A DNA stretch of 64,000 nt from Octopus vulgaris (lineage: Eukaryota). Location: positions 40,424,001-40,488,000 of the forward strand of contig OX597838.1 of assembly GCA_951406725.2 (NCBI GenBank), read 5' to 3'. A program made the position numbers and the translations under genes. The notes beneath the pieces were generated by a model. It searched no databases. It was not told where the DNA came from and saw nothing but the letters and a program-made list of their open reading frames with translations. Each line of letters opens with the position of its first letter. The first letter of the stretch is position 1. Of the stretch, positions 12,333 to 23,880 are shown piece after piece.

Positions 12333-14462
12333 CGTACATATAAACATGTAAATATGCAAATATTATAGGGATATATAAGGAGAGAAACAAAAGCTGAAAA
12401 TATTAATAAGACTAGCAATGCACTCCTGTATTGCCCGGGTGTTATGACCTACAGCCACATTGTGTTATTTGTTCCTTTCTTATGGACAGAATCGGCACAC
12501 GAGGAGCATGAAGCAAACAACTCTTCTTTATAAACATGTTCTTCGGTCATTTTCTGAACGCTGCAGTTTCCGTCTACCAACTACAGTCGCAAGTCTATGG
12601 TTGGCCTAGAGCTATATTAGAAAACACTTGCCCAGGGTACCATCCAGAGGAACTGAACGTGAAACCATATGGTTGGAAAGCAAACTACTCAACCACAATC
12701 ATTCTTGCACCAAACATGTGTGTGCGTGTGTGTGTGTTTATATTTGTTGTTAAATCGAGTATTGTGTCCCACTATGTCTCAAAGTTAGCAGTTCATCAAG
12801 CAGAGATTTATAAAATAAATGCCAGAGTGAATTACGTACTGAGGTCAGTATGACCGATTAAATTTTTGAACGTGATACCCCATTATGGTGAGAGTCGAAA
12901 GACGAAACCCAGTAAAATAAAGTTTAAAGACTTAATGGCTTCAAATTTAAGGTAATGGATTACTAACCACAAGATAATGAGTTCAAAACTTCGTATTGAA
13001 GTCCCACTCTATACGATAACACTATATGTACATCTCAGTCTACTTACAACAATTAACAATTGTAATTTGAAGTTTAATGGTTAGCAGTAAGAAAGATGTC
13101 CAGATTTCCTAAAAAAAATATTGTGAAAACTATTCCGAGGAAAAGTAGATTTTGACAACAAAGCACACATACACACACACACAGAGTTGTGCCTGTGGAA
13201 ACTTGAGCTACTACAAATAGCAGCCAAATCTCTTTTAAAACACACCCTTTCATCAAAAGAAAGACACAGATTTACATTTTTCAGAAAGAAAAACAAACAC
13301 TATGCGATGGGCCTGCTACATAAGAGGCAACTCTGAGCTACACAAAACACATGCAAACATACTTCACATTAAAAGATTATCTACAAGATAATACTTATAA
13401 AGATGACGGTATATTTTCGAAGCTTCATTCCCTGGTAAAATTCCATGTATTTTCTCATTATAAGGATTGTTCAGGAAGAGTTGCCTCCCTCAGATAAAGA
13501 CCTCAAAATTGTGAGACCCGACCTTGTTTTCGTACAACTCTTTTTAGAGTTGTACAAAAAACATACTTTATTTGGTAGCCCAACAGTTACTGAATCTTTT
13601 GATACCTCATACGTCAAAGTTGGCAACTCAGTTTTCGAATCCATAAGGAACATACGCGCGCGCACACATACACAAATTCTATTTTATATGTATAGATGAA
13701 TACTCACGTATAAGCATATAGGTATTTATATATCTATATATTTACAAAATAAATAAATTTACATGGAGTATACAAACTAAAGACAACTAAAGGGAGAAGG
13801 CATAGTATTTTAAGTCCGGCAGCTGTTTCCACTAAAGGACGCATACAAGCATTACGTAATACCGGCCTACTTCGTCTGGGTAGAAAGATCGGCAAATAGC
13901 GGTTCACGTCATTGTGCGAGAAAAGTGAAGGTTAAAATGGTAGAAGAAGAAGGGGAATAAAAGCAGGTACGTGGGAGGATGTGGGTTGTTGCCACGAAGC
14001 ATTTTGACCAGCGTGTGTGCGTGTGTGTGTATGTGAGTGTGTGTGTGCGTGTGAATATGTGTCATAATAACAGCATTTACAGCTGAGATATTGCATCACT
14101 GATACTCCAAGCTTTATGTTAGCGATTTCCAAACAACTAAAGACTAGATTATAATTTTTCAAGCCGACATGCGTACATGGGTCCTGTATAAGCCTGTAAT
14201 TTATAATAAAACTTTTACTTTTACCGAAACTGGTGACGTTTTAAATTAATAATTTTAATTTCATAATTGTCATTAAAAGTGTTTATGGAATGAGTGTTTT
14301 AACCTAATGCTTCTGTATACATACATACATACATACATACATACATACATACATACATACATACATACATACATACATACATACATACATGCATGCATAC
14401 ATACATACATATGTACATATGCATGCATACACACCCACCCAAACATATATACATACATGTAT

Positions 14463-14665
14463 GTCAGGTCACTTTCGAGTGCTACTGGTAACATGTAACC
14501 CAGTACAACCTGTTGCATGGTCGGGTTGTCGGCGACTAAACCGGCAACCCCACCAAGCTTGCTTGGTGAGGAGGGTATTTATTGGACACCCTGCGGGATG
14601 AAAAACAAAACCCGTCAAAGGGCGGAGGAACACTTGAGAGTTAACGGCCATCCAATAAATGTCTT
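14463..14665 (+). other. Multi-hairpin structured segment, probable non-LTR retrotransposon 5' leader
   Basis: Four adjacent stems: 14523-32/14541-50, 14551-58/14561-68, 14572-76/14588-92, 14593-97/14611-15. Confidence 0.45.
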
Positions 14666-15615
14666 AAGGCTGTATCATGCGCGGAAACATAGAAATAATC
14701 GGACTGAATACTCGTTCACCAGTAAAACTATTCACTATAATACAAGCACCTGCTCACGACATAAATATCCTTTCTATCTAATCTCCTGTTCCCCTAGATA
14801 ATTACTTTCCTAATATATATACAACTTGACTATAAACCTTTACTTTGTCCAGTTTATTTTATCACCCATTTCCTTCATTAAAATGCTGAACAGTAAAAGA
14901 TTCCACTGAAAGTTTATTCTATAATTTATAGCATTTAGTTCTTTCAAACGCTTGTTCTCATTTACTAAAATTTATAAGTTCACCCACATTACACCAAATT
15001 CATTTGTATGCTGAGTCAACTTTGGTGTAATTTCTAACTCTCTCTCTTACTCTCTCTATTTTTCTTTCTCTCTCTCCTCGCACTCTCTCCCTATCTCTCT
15101 GTTTATCTCTAGCTTTATATATATATATACATATATATACACACACACAAACACATACACATATATATAGATATGCACGCGCACAAACGCACACACATAC
15201 ACACGCGCACAAGCACACATGCGAGTGCGTATGCGCACACACACACCACTCACATACGCACACGTACACGCTCACACAAGTTCATATGCCTACATGCCCT
15301 ATTGACCCCACATCGAGACGCACAGTCGCCACCAATTTGCTGTCCACCCAAGCGACCAAAGATCCCATTTAGCTGCTGTTGCTTATTTACCAATACAGTG
15401 ACATCACCTGACCTTCCTTGACCAATTGTATCCCATCTACCGGTAGCAATCTTGAACTTCCTGCGCATCTCCGTTGATTCGAATTTCCACCGGCCTCAGG
15501 TGAAGCTTTGTTAGGGGCTTCGATACTTTAAGTAACCCAAAACCCGAATCAAACTGCTTTGAACAAAACATATAATTCCATATAAATGTGCCCTTTCTTT
15601 CGTTTGTCTACTCAC

Positions 15616-15660
<45 letters not shown>

Positions 15661-15661
<1 letters not shown>

Positions 15662-15980
15662 TTGGCGCGAGTGCGACGATTTGAAAATTTTAGGTCAGAT
15701 ATTGACGAGGTAGCAACGAGAATGCCTCGTGAAAAATATCTGTTCCGGCTTGGCTATTTCTTACTGATGAATCTAAGGGCCTATGGTAGATTGGCTTGAT
15801 TTAATTTAATCAGGTTAGTTTTCCATTAAACAGTAGATGAAACGGTACATCGTCTAAGAAATTACAGGGTAAATGTTTTTTAATTTTCTCCTGGTTTACG
15901 GAATTGACGTTATTTTGCGGTTAAAGCTTTTGGCTGTTATTTCTAGTGGGTGAATGGCCTATTATGGCCGTTCCTTGATT

Positions 15981-15984
<4 letters not shown>
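15661..15984 (+). mobile_element. ~325-bp hammerhead-bearing cassette between (TA)n tracts (solo pLTR / retrozyme-like)
   Basis: (TA)n on both sides; contains hammerhead 15756-15862. Confidence 0.6.
15756..15862 (+). ncRNA. Type I hammerhead ribozyme, canonical core, extended stem II
   Basis: AUUUCUUA-CUGAUGA-AUCUA[58 nt]UAGAU-GAAA-CGGU(AC)AUCG-UC|UAAGAAAU; 8-bp stem I; GUC site at 15852-15854. Confidence 0.88.
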
Positions 15985-16025
<41 letters not shown>

Positions 16026-16032
<7 letters not shown>

Positions 16033-16300
16033 TAACAATAAGGGTTTGCAACAGGTTGCATGACCACATATTTGAGTTACAAATATTGTTGTCTGTGGAG
16101 ACATATTTTTGTAGAAAAAGGAAATAGTAGTTCTTTGGCTGCTATTTCTAAAATTTTCGGTATGTGGTCATGCAACGTGTTGCAATCCCTTATTGTTATA
16201 ATTATATAAGTTTTTACCGAATATGGTCCTTTTCCATACCGAAATACTACTAGGTGAAATTTGTTGATTTTATTAAATTAATTATCTTTCATCCTATATC
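16026..16300. repeat. (TA)n-flanked cassette with inverted terminal segment (arms ~16026-16070 / 16161-16208); related copy at 17115-17327
   Basis: TATAACAATAAGGGTTTGCAAC..TTGCATGACCACATA mirrored; AATATGGTCCTTT..CCGAA..TACT..GGTGAAAT shared with 17240-17280. Confidence 0.7.
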
Positions 16301-16463
16301 TGTAATGAGTATATATATATATATATAGATAGATAGATAGATAGATATATATATGAAATAAATTGATGTATACAGTGCTCAGGTACACTACAACTAAGAA
16401 AATAAAAAGTGTTCTCTTGGCAGATAAAGTTTTACAGATTTTATACTTCCAGTGATGGAATAT

Positions 16464-16538
<75 letters not shown>

Positions 16539-16541
16539 ATA

Positions 16542-16831
16542 TATAAACTATTCATAAATGAGTGCAAAAGAAAATATTTTATAATGCCAAATATGCCGAA
16601 TAATTGGACATATTGTCCATTAACCATATAATTTTTTCACAATACGCACGCTACTCGAAAAAAGGTCGACAGAAATTTCTAAAAAAATTTTTTGAAATTT
16701 CTGTCGACCTTTTTTCGAGTAGCGTGCGTATTGTGAAAAAATTATATGGTTAATGGACAATATGTCCAATTTTTCGGAATATTTGGCATTAGAAAATCTT
16801 TTCCTTTGCCCTTATTTATGAACAGTTTATA
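16542..16831. repeat. ~290-bp near-perfect palindrome
   Basis: 16602-16679 is the exact reverse complement of 16694-16771; outer arms diverged. Confidence 0.92.
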
Positions 16832-16928
16832 AATTTAACCGTTAAAGGTATTTTTTAATATGCTGGACATTGATAAGATTTTTTTAGAGAAAATATATAT
16901 TTTTCGAAAAGAATTTTATCCTCACATT

Positions 16929-16972
<44 letters not shown>

Positions 16973-17324
16973 GGATTCTTTCTCTCAACAAATATCTAGT
17001 TCATGTCTAAATTGTTTGACAACAGCGAAAGAAGTTTTTGTTGGCCTCTGTTATCGAAATACTATCTTGAGCGACAGAGAGCGTACAATATGTATATATA
17101 TATATATATATATTGTTTTCTGGGAGTCCTTTTTTAAAGTAGAAGAAATAGCTAAGGTTTCTTGGCTGCTATTTCTTCGGTATGTGGTAAAGCAAATCTT
17201 TGCTGGACCCTAATTATAAAGTATTACTTAAGTTTACCGTGAAATGGTCCTTTTTCATGCCGAATTCTACTTGGTGAAATTATTGATTACTTCTTAATTA
17301 ATTAATTTTACCCTTTGTTATTAT

Positions 17325-17360
<36 letters not shown>

Positions 17361-17364
<4 letters not shown>

Positions 17365-17558
17365 AATGTGACCACGTGTGTACTGTTGGCGATTTTTTTT
17401 CCTCCGTCTTCCCTTCTTTGGATCTTTCCTTTTCCTATGTTTCTGACGAAACGTTAAACCCTCCTTCTTTCCTTCTTTCCTGAGCGTCCAATAATACTAT
17501 ACTTGTTCCACGTCCTCGCGTTGTTGTGTTTTCTCTTTGTGTTTTCATGTTTGGATTA

Positions 17559-17562
<4 letters not shown>
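17361..17562 (+). mobile_element. (TA)n-flanked pLTR-like cassette, same family as 50405-50612; hammerhead stem II deleted
   Basis: Aligns with the reverse complement of 50405-50612; reads TTT-CTGACGA-AACGTT-AAAC. Confidence 0.8.
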
Positions 17563-17625
<63 letters not shown>

Positions 17626-17657
17626 GTAGGTATGTGTGTGGTGTATGTGTGTGTGTG

Positions 17658-17702
<45 letters not shown>

Positions 17703-18889
17703 CATACAAGTCATTGCTGCAAGTGTCCTCGATCATGGATATGAATTTAAAAGGTGGATATACATAAAGAAGCTGATTTATGTTTCCTATTGAAACAGTA
17801 AAATTTATTCCCCTCTCATATAAAAGACGAATATCTTCCTGGACCCTGACATTTATTCTCCTAATATACACACCCATTTCATCCGCTTACAATGCTTCAA
17901 ATTTACCTAATTATTACTTTCGTTTCCATTTATTCTTATCACCCATTATTCTTTCTTATCTTTCTTTCCAATGCTGAGCGATAAAACTTCCTACTTCAAA
18001 TACATCCTTTGTTTATCTTCAAAAGCATACTTTTCTCCCATATTCAAATTTATAACTTCTGTTCCTAGAAGTGTTTTTCACATTCTTACTCCTTTTCTAT
18101 GAATCAACCTATTTTTGTAGGATAAAAAAAAAAACAGAATTTAAATTTTTCTCGCTCTCCTTTATCCTCATTCCTCATTTTCCAAATAAACAGAACAATT
18201 GCTTACAGTTCCTCCAACACACTTCTATATGAGAAACTTACCGATTACTTATTTATTTTGGTTTCTTTTTTCTTCTGTTATCATTAGTTTCATATTCTGT
18301 TTATTTTTTCATTTTATTTTAAACTCCAGTTCTCCATATTTTTAATTATTGTAATTACTACATACACCATAGTCTTTCAATCAATATTTTATATCCCATC
18401 AAATGTTTCAAGTATGTAAACAGCACTCAACATTTTTTTCTTTTAGCAAATTTCTTCTAGTGAAGAAATTTCCCCATAATTTATCAACAAAACCCTACAA
18501 ATATAAGTCACCCAGTCTCTTCTAAAAACTTGGAAAAAGTGTCAGATACTTTCACTTCCCATACTAGACTCTCACAGTTATTCCCCGCTTACTGCCATAC
18601 TTCCACCACGATATTCAATACTTAAGCACACACACACTTTATTCTTAATTTGTTATCAATTTTTATTGTTTCATTATCTGCGATTAATTAATTAAACAAA
18701 ATATCCATTTTTCTTTCCATTTACTAAATTTTATCAGTTACCTGGATTTACATGCTATCTTAATCTGAAAAGAGTTCTATCCTAATTTTGTTATCAGACC
18801 AAACGTTAGGAAATATAATTTTTTCTTATAATCGTCCTCTTCCATTTATGATCCGTTCACATACTCTCTTACATACACACAAATATACG

Positions 18890-18930
<41 letters not shown>

Positions 18931-18932
18931 AA

Positions 18933-19011
<79 letters not shown>

Positions 19012-19015
<4 letters not shown>

Positions 19016-19265
19016 TGACGGTTAGTAAAAAGAGAAACACAACTAAGAAAGAAGAAAACAAAGGGCTACTGATGCGTCACAGGAGTGTGACGAAAGAACT
19101 CTGTCCGAAATAAGATTAAGTTTAATGTAAAAAATAAATAACACTGAAGCAAAGTAATACCAAATATATAGTGCGTGTGTTTTTATTGGCTAAACTGGCA
19201 AAATGACCATTCCGAAATACAACAATATATGTTTCAACACACGATTTCACATAAAAAAATCTTGC

Positions 19266-19273
<8 letters not shown>
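19012..19273 (+). mobile_element. (TA)n-flanked cassette with hammerhead variant; family also at 38888-39130 (-) and 62701-62757
   Basis: Shared TTTATTGGCTAAACTGGCAA.ATGACCATTCCGAAATA; hammerhead-like 19063-19106. Confidence 0.72.
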
Positions 19274-19308
<35 letters not shown>

Positions 19309-19380
19309 GCATATATATATGCGTGTATATGTATATCTGTGTGTGTATGTGTGTATATATATGTCATTAGACAGCGGAAT

Positions 19381-19660
19381 CTTTTACGGAACTGCTAAAT
19401 TACAGGGATATAAACACACCAACACCGGTTGTCAAGCGGTGGTCGAGGTTAAACAGAGACCGAAGCACACACACACACACCTATACATAGATATACGGCG
19501 GACTTTTTCTTTCTTGCAGTTTCCGTCTAGCAAACCCACTGAGAAGGCTTTGTTCGACCCGACGTTATATTAGAAGACACTCGCTCAAATTGACATGCAG
19601 CGGAACTGAACTCATAACCCTGCGGTTGGGAAGAAAGCATCTTACCACACAGCCGCTTCC
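19381..19660 (-). mobile_element. SINE family A, diverged
   Basis: AAACACACCAACACCGGTTGTCAAGC..CAGTTTCCGTCTA..AGAAGACACT motifs. Confidence 0.75.
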
Positions 19661-19899
19661 TATTTGCGGCTTTAGGCACTGGAGAAGCAATTCCACAGAC
19701 TCGCATAGAAATCGTGCTGTTACATTGTGCATCTAACAGATCTGATTGTTAGGAATGTACTGGGAGGAAAAGAAAAAAGAAAAAAACAAGTATGTATGCG
19801 GAATGGGTCACGAGGGAAGATATGTGAGGGGAGGGGAATGAAGAGGGGGTAGATAGGTATAAATATAGGAGGTAGAAAGGGAAGGAGGGGGAGGAAAAC

Positions 19900-20400
19900 G
19901 AAGAGGAGAATCGGAAGGAAGAAGAAGTAGAAGAGGAGGAGGAGGAGGAGGAGGAGGAGGAAGAAGAAGAAGGAGGAGAAGAAGAAGAAGAAGAAGAGGA
20001 GGAAGGAGAAGAAGAAGGAGGAGGAGGAGGAGGAGGAAGAAGAAGAAGGAGGAGGAGGAGGAGGAGGAGGAGAAGAAGATGAAGAAGAAGAAGAAGGAGG
20101 AGGAGGAGGAGGAGGAGAATGAGGAGGAGGAGGAAGAAGAAGAAGAAGAAGAAGGAGGAGGAGGAGGAGGAGGAGAATGAGGAGGAGGAGGAAGAAGAAG
20201 AAGAAGAAGAAGGAGGAGGAGGAAGGAGAAGAAGAAGAAGAAGGAGGAGGAGGAGAAGAAGAAGAAGAAGAAGAAGAAGAAGAAGAAGATGGAGGAGGAG
20301 GAGGAGGAGAAGAAAGAGGAGGAAGAAGAAGAAGGAAGAGGAGGAGAAGAAGAAGAAGAAGAAGAGAAGAAGAAGATGAAAAAGAAAATGAGAGGGAGAA
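19900..20400. repeat. (GAA/GAG)n polypurine tract
   Basis: Direct reading. Confidence 0.95.
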
Positions 20401-20861
20401 GTATATAGGTGTACGCATGTTGCTCTTGTGCTCATAACCGACTGATGTGTGTTTGGTGATTCGTGATATGATTTCTGTGCCAGCAAATATCTCAACCATA
20501 TCGCCACAAATATTCGCTTTGATGCAATACTTTATGAAGGCACATCACTCTCCATAGACGTCAGTGGTTGGCCTTCATCTCACTGTTTTCAATTCATTAG
20601 TAATAAATACGTGGACATATAAATTATATTTTTTTTTATAAATCGCAGCAGTATTGACAAATGTTATTGTAACACCCACCCAGCACCCACAAACACACCC
20701 ACCCACACGTACATATACATATTATGGACAGTAATTTTTGAGAATCGAAATTTTAATTAAAATACAATTTTTTAAAGATGTTTCTCTTAAAACTTCAGGA
20801 GTTCATCATTAGTAAACAAAATAGTATGAATTCGCTAATTTGACAAATTGATTAACAATTT

Positions 20862-21073
20862 TACTTTATTCTTTTATTCGTTAATTGTTTCAGACAATTG
20901 ACTGTGGCTATGCTGGAGCACCGCAAATTGACCCCCAGGACTTTCTGTAGCCTGCAACTTATTTCATCGGTTTCTTTTTGTTGAACAGCTACGTTATGGG
21001 GAGTAAACACACCAACACCGGTTGTCAAGTAGTATGGGGGGGTGGGTGACAAACGCAGACACAAAGACATGCA

Positions 21074-21112
<39 letters not shown>

Positions 21113-21220
21113 ATATATTTATATATATATATATATATATATATACGACGGGCTACTTTCAGTTTCCACTTGCCCAAGGCACCACGCAGGGTAACTGAAC
21201 CCAGAACTATGTGGTTGGGA
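20862..21220 (-). mobile_element. SINE family A, internally deleted
   Basis: Family motifs present; TACCAAATCCACTCAC block missing. Confidence 0.75.
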
Positions 21221-21685
21221 ATCTGTCAGAATACAAAGACCAGACCCCCACCAGGCATCTGAACCAACCTTTAACAATTCCACCATTGCACTAAACTGGG
21301 GAAGTACTTTTTTATCGACCTGGAAGTAATGAGAGGTGATGTTGACTTGCGTGAGGTTTGAAATCAAAGAGCAGAGAGCTGAAACAGAAAACCGCTTGGC
21401 ATTATGTCTGATGCCCTCAGAAATTTGACAATTCACAATCTCTCCCTTTTTCTCCCTCTCACTTTTTCCTTCTTTTTAACTCTCCATCTATACGTAAATA
21501 TACATATCTGTATGTGTTCAGACTTATATCTGTATGTATATGCCTGGATATGTATTTGTATTTATGTAAGTGTGTATGCATAATTACTTATATATATATA
21601 TATATATATATATGAACACTCATTATCGCTATGGGCTCCGTGTGGGCAGTCATCTAAAAGTTTTTGTTCATCTTGACGCTGACAT

Positions 21686-21790
21686 AAGTTCCTTGTTATT
21701 CCTGATGAGAAGGCGGCATAATGCACCCCTTATTCCTTCGAAATTAGGAATATGCAGCCTTCGAAACATATGTCGAGAATAAAGGAATTT
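21686..21790 (+). ncRNA. Type I hammerhead ribozyme, canonical core, extended stem II, in a (TA)n-flanked ~370-bp cassette (21613-21985)
   Basis: UUAUUC-CUGAUGA-GAAGGC.GCAUA[30 nt]UAUGC.GCCUUC-GAAA-CAUAUG-UC|GAGAAUAA; GUC site at 21772-21774. Confidence 0.85.
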
Positions 21791-22844
21791 TGTTAATTCG
21801 TCGTTCAACTCCATTCTTTCATTTATTTGTATTTTAAAAAAAACACACAGATTTCCACACGAAAGCACGTGATCTCTGCCCTTGGCATGTAGCTTCAACC
21901 GTGTTTTTCTGACGTGAATTTGCTACCCAGGTATTGGTTAACCGAATTATTCATAATAAGATAATTCATTCAACTACTCAAATATTTATATATATATATA
22001 TATGCATATATATCATACAAATAAGGAGAAACTGATGCAGAACGAAGTTGCAAAAGGGAATACTTTTCCCTTTATGAACGACACACTTTCAAAGTATTAT
22101 TGAGAAATATTCTTTATAAAAGAATAACCAAATGAAATAATTGCTTCACTAGAATAGCAAAAGCACCTGCTAAAACCTTTCTCAATACAATTTATCTGAT
22201 TTGTTTCTCAAGTGTTGAACAGCAAATTGATTTTTGAACATTTGTCTATCGACGTTTTTGTTATTTTTTTTCTCTTCTCTTTATCAATGGTTTTCATAGC
22301 CTTAAAAACTGCAACTCGGAAGTCGTTTAAACTGAAAGTTTCAATGAAATTGTAATATATTGAATCTAATTTCTCATTTTTCAAATCTAAAGACTTAGGA
22401 GGTAAGAATGAAAATCCTATTTGTTGCAAAAACAAAACGGAAAAGAATAAAGAAAATTCCTCGATTATGACTGTTGGTCGGTTGCTTTGCTTCAGTAATT
22501 TTATTACTGTTTGCAGCGTTACATTCACTGATGGCCGACCTAATGAGGAGGACAGTTATTTTATGTACATACATATGCGTGCGCGCGTGTGTGTGTGAAG
22601 GCACGTGGCCTAATGGTTTTGAGTGTTTTAATCACGTTCGTAAGATGGTAATTTCGAATTGAGCGGCGGCGGGCGTTGCGCTGTGTTTTTGAGAGAAACT
22701 CTTTCTCTCACGATGCTGCTCTGAGGTGCAGCACAGCGTACTCCTGCACAAGCAATGACGATTTGAAGGAGCGGGGGGAGGGGGTCGAATGAACGTCACA
22801 ACATCACAAACAATTGATCACTGAAAACTATTGGTTCTTTTATG

Positions 22845-23253
22845 TTCTTTTATTCTCTTACTTGTTTCAGTCATTTGACTGCGGCCATGCTGCAGCACCG
22901 CCTTCAGTCGAGCAAATCGACCCCTGAACTTATTCTTTGTAAGCCTAGTACTTATTCTATCGGTCTATTTTGCCGCTAAGTTATGGGGACATAAACACAC
23001 CAGCACCGGTTGTCAAGCGATGTTGCGGGGGACAAACACAGACACACAAACATATACACACACACACACATATATATATACATATATACAACTGGCTTCT
23101 TTCAGTTTCCGTCTACCAAATCCACTCACAAGGCTTTGGTCGGCCCGAGGTTATAGTAGAAGACAGTTACCCAAGGTGCCACGCAGTGGGACTGAACCCG
23201 GAACCATGTGGTTGGTAAGCAAGCTACTTACCACACAGCCACTCCTACGCCTA
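22845..23253 (-). mobile_element. SINE family A, full length
   Basis: Matches other copies end to end. Confidence 0.92.
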
Positions 23254-23307
23254 TGTGTAAGTTGTTCAGTAACAAGTTTACAACAGAGGAAACCGTCATA
23301 TATATAC

Positions 23308-23365
<58 letters not shown>

Positions 23366-23404
23366 GCATACACACATATATATATATATACATATATATA
23401 TATA

Positions 23405-23880
23405 CTAGCAGTAATAATTTTACAAATTTTGACAGTCTTGGAGTCAGTTTTCTCCTTTCAGGTTTTGAGAAGCCTAATTTCTCAAGGTTGATTTGTATGG
23501 AGTTCGTTACATATCTCAGTAGCCCAATAAATACAGATATAAACCGGAACTTGTAATCCGGGTTGAGTAACTGTAAGGTTCTCAATAGTTCAGCGTAGCT
23601 GTTTTCCTTCTTCCCCCAATCTTTAGATTTATGTTGACAACCGCTGGACAGAGGGTTCCTACTACTGTGCATAGTTTCTCTTATCCATCCCAAATCACTA
23701 CGCCTCATCTGTTACGTTTAAATTCTATTGAGGTCTTCACAGAGACAGTCCAACAGTGCCCTTTCATATTATGAGTGGCTATGACTTCTACCATACGGTG
23801 GGTTCTTATATCTTTGGCCTCAGGATTACCCTATCGGTGGATCTCATTATACAGTGTCTCACTATACGGTATTTCTAGAA
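23405..23880 (-). pseudogene. RLE-type LINE C-terminal (restriction-like endonuclease) fragment
   Basis: KENSYAELLRTLQLLNPDYKFRFISVFIGLLRYV resembles the RLE K..KY..L...P.VIG.LG motif. Confidence 0.6.

Noticed and set aside
13445-13699. Non-repetitive ORFs on both strands, possible exon
   Set aside because: No recognisable domain or convincing splice sites; cannot be supported without a homology search
14485-14535. Possible twister ribozyme (TAACAT...ATG)
   Set aside because: Loop 4 and pseudoknot residues do not fit the twister consensus
17730-18840. Possible old LINE on the - strand (also 14680-15020 and 48590-48700)
   Set aside because: Strand-biased composition suggests it, but no clear motif could be read
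19720-20507. Poly-E/R/S/L ORFs
   Set aside because: Frames of a (GAA/GAG)n tract; no splice or domain support
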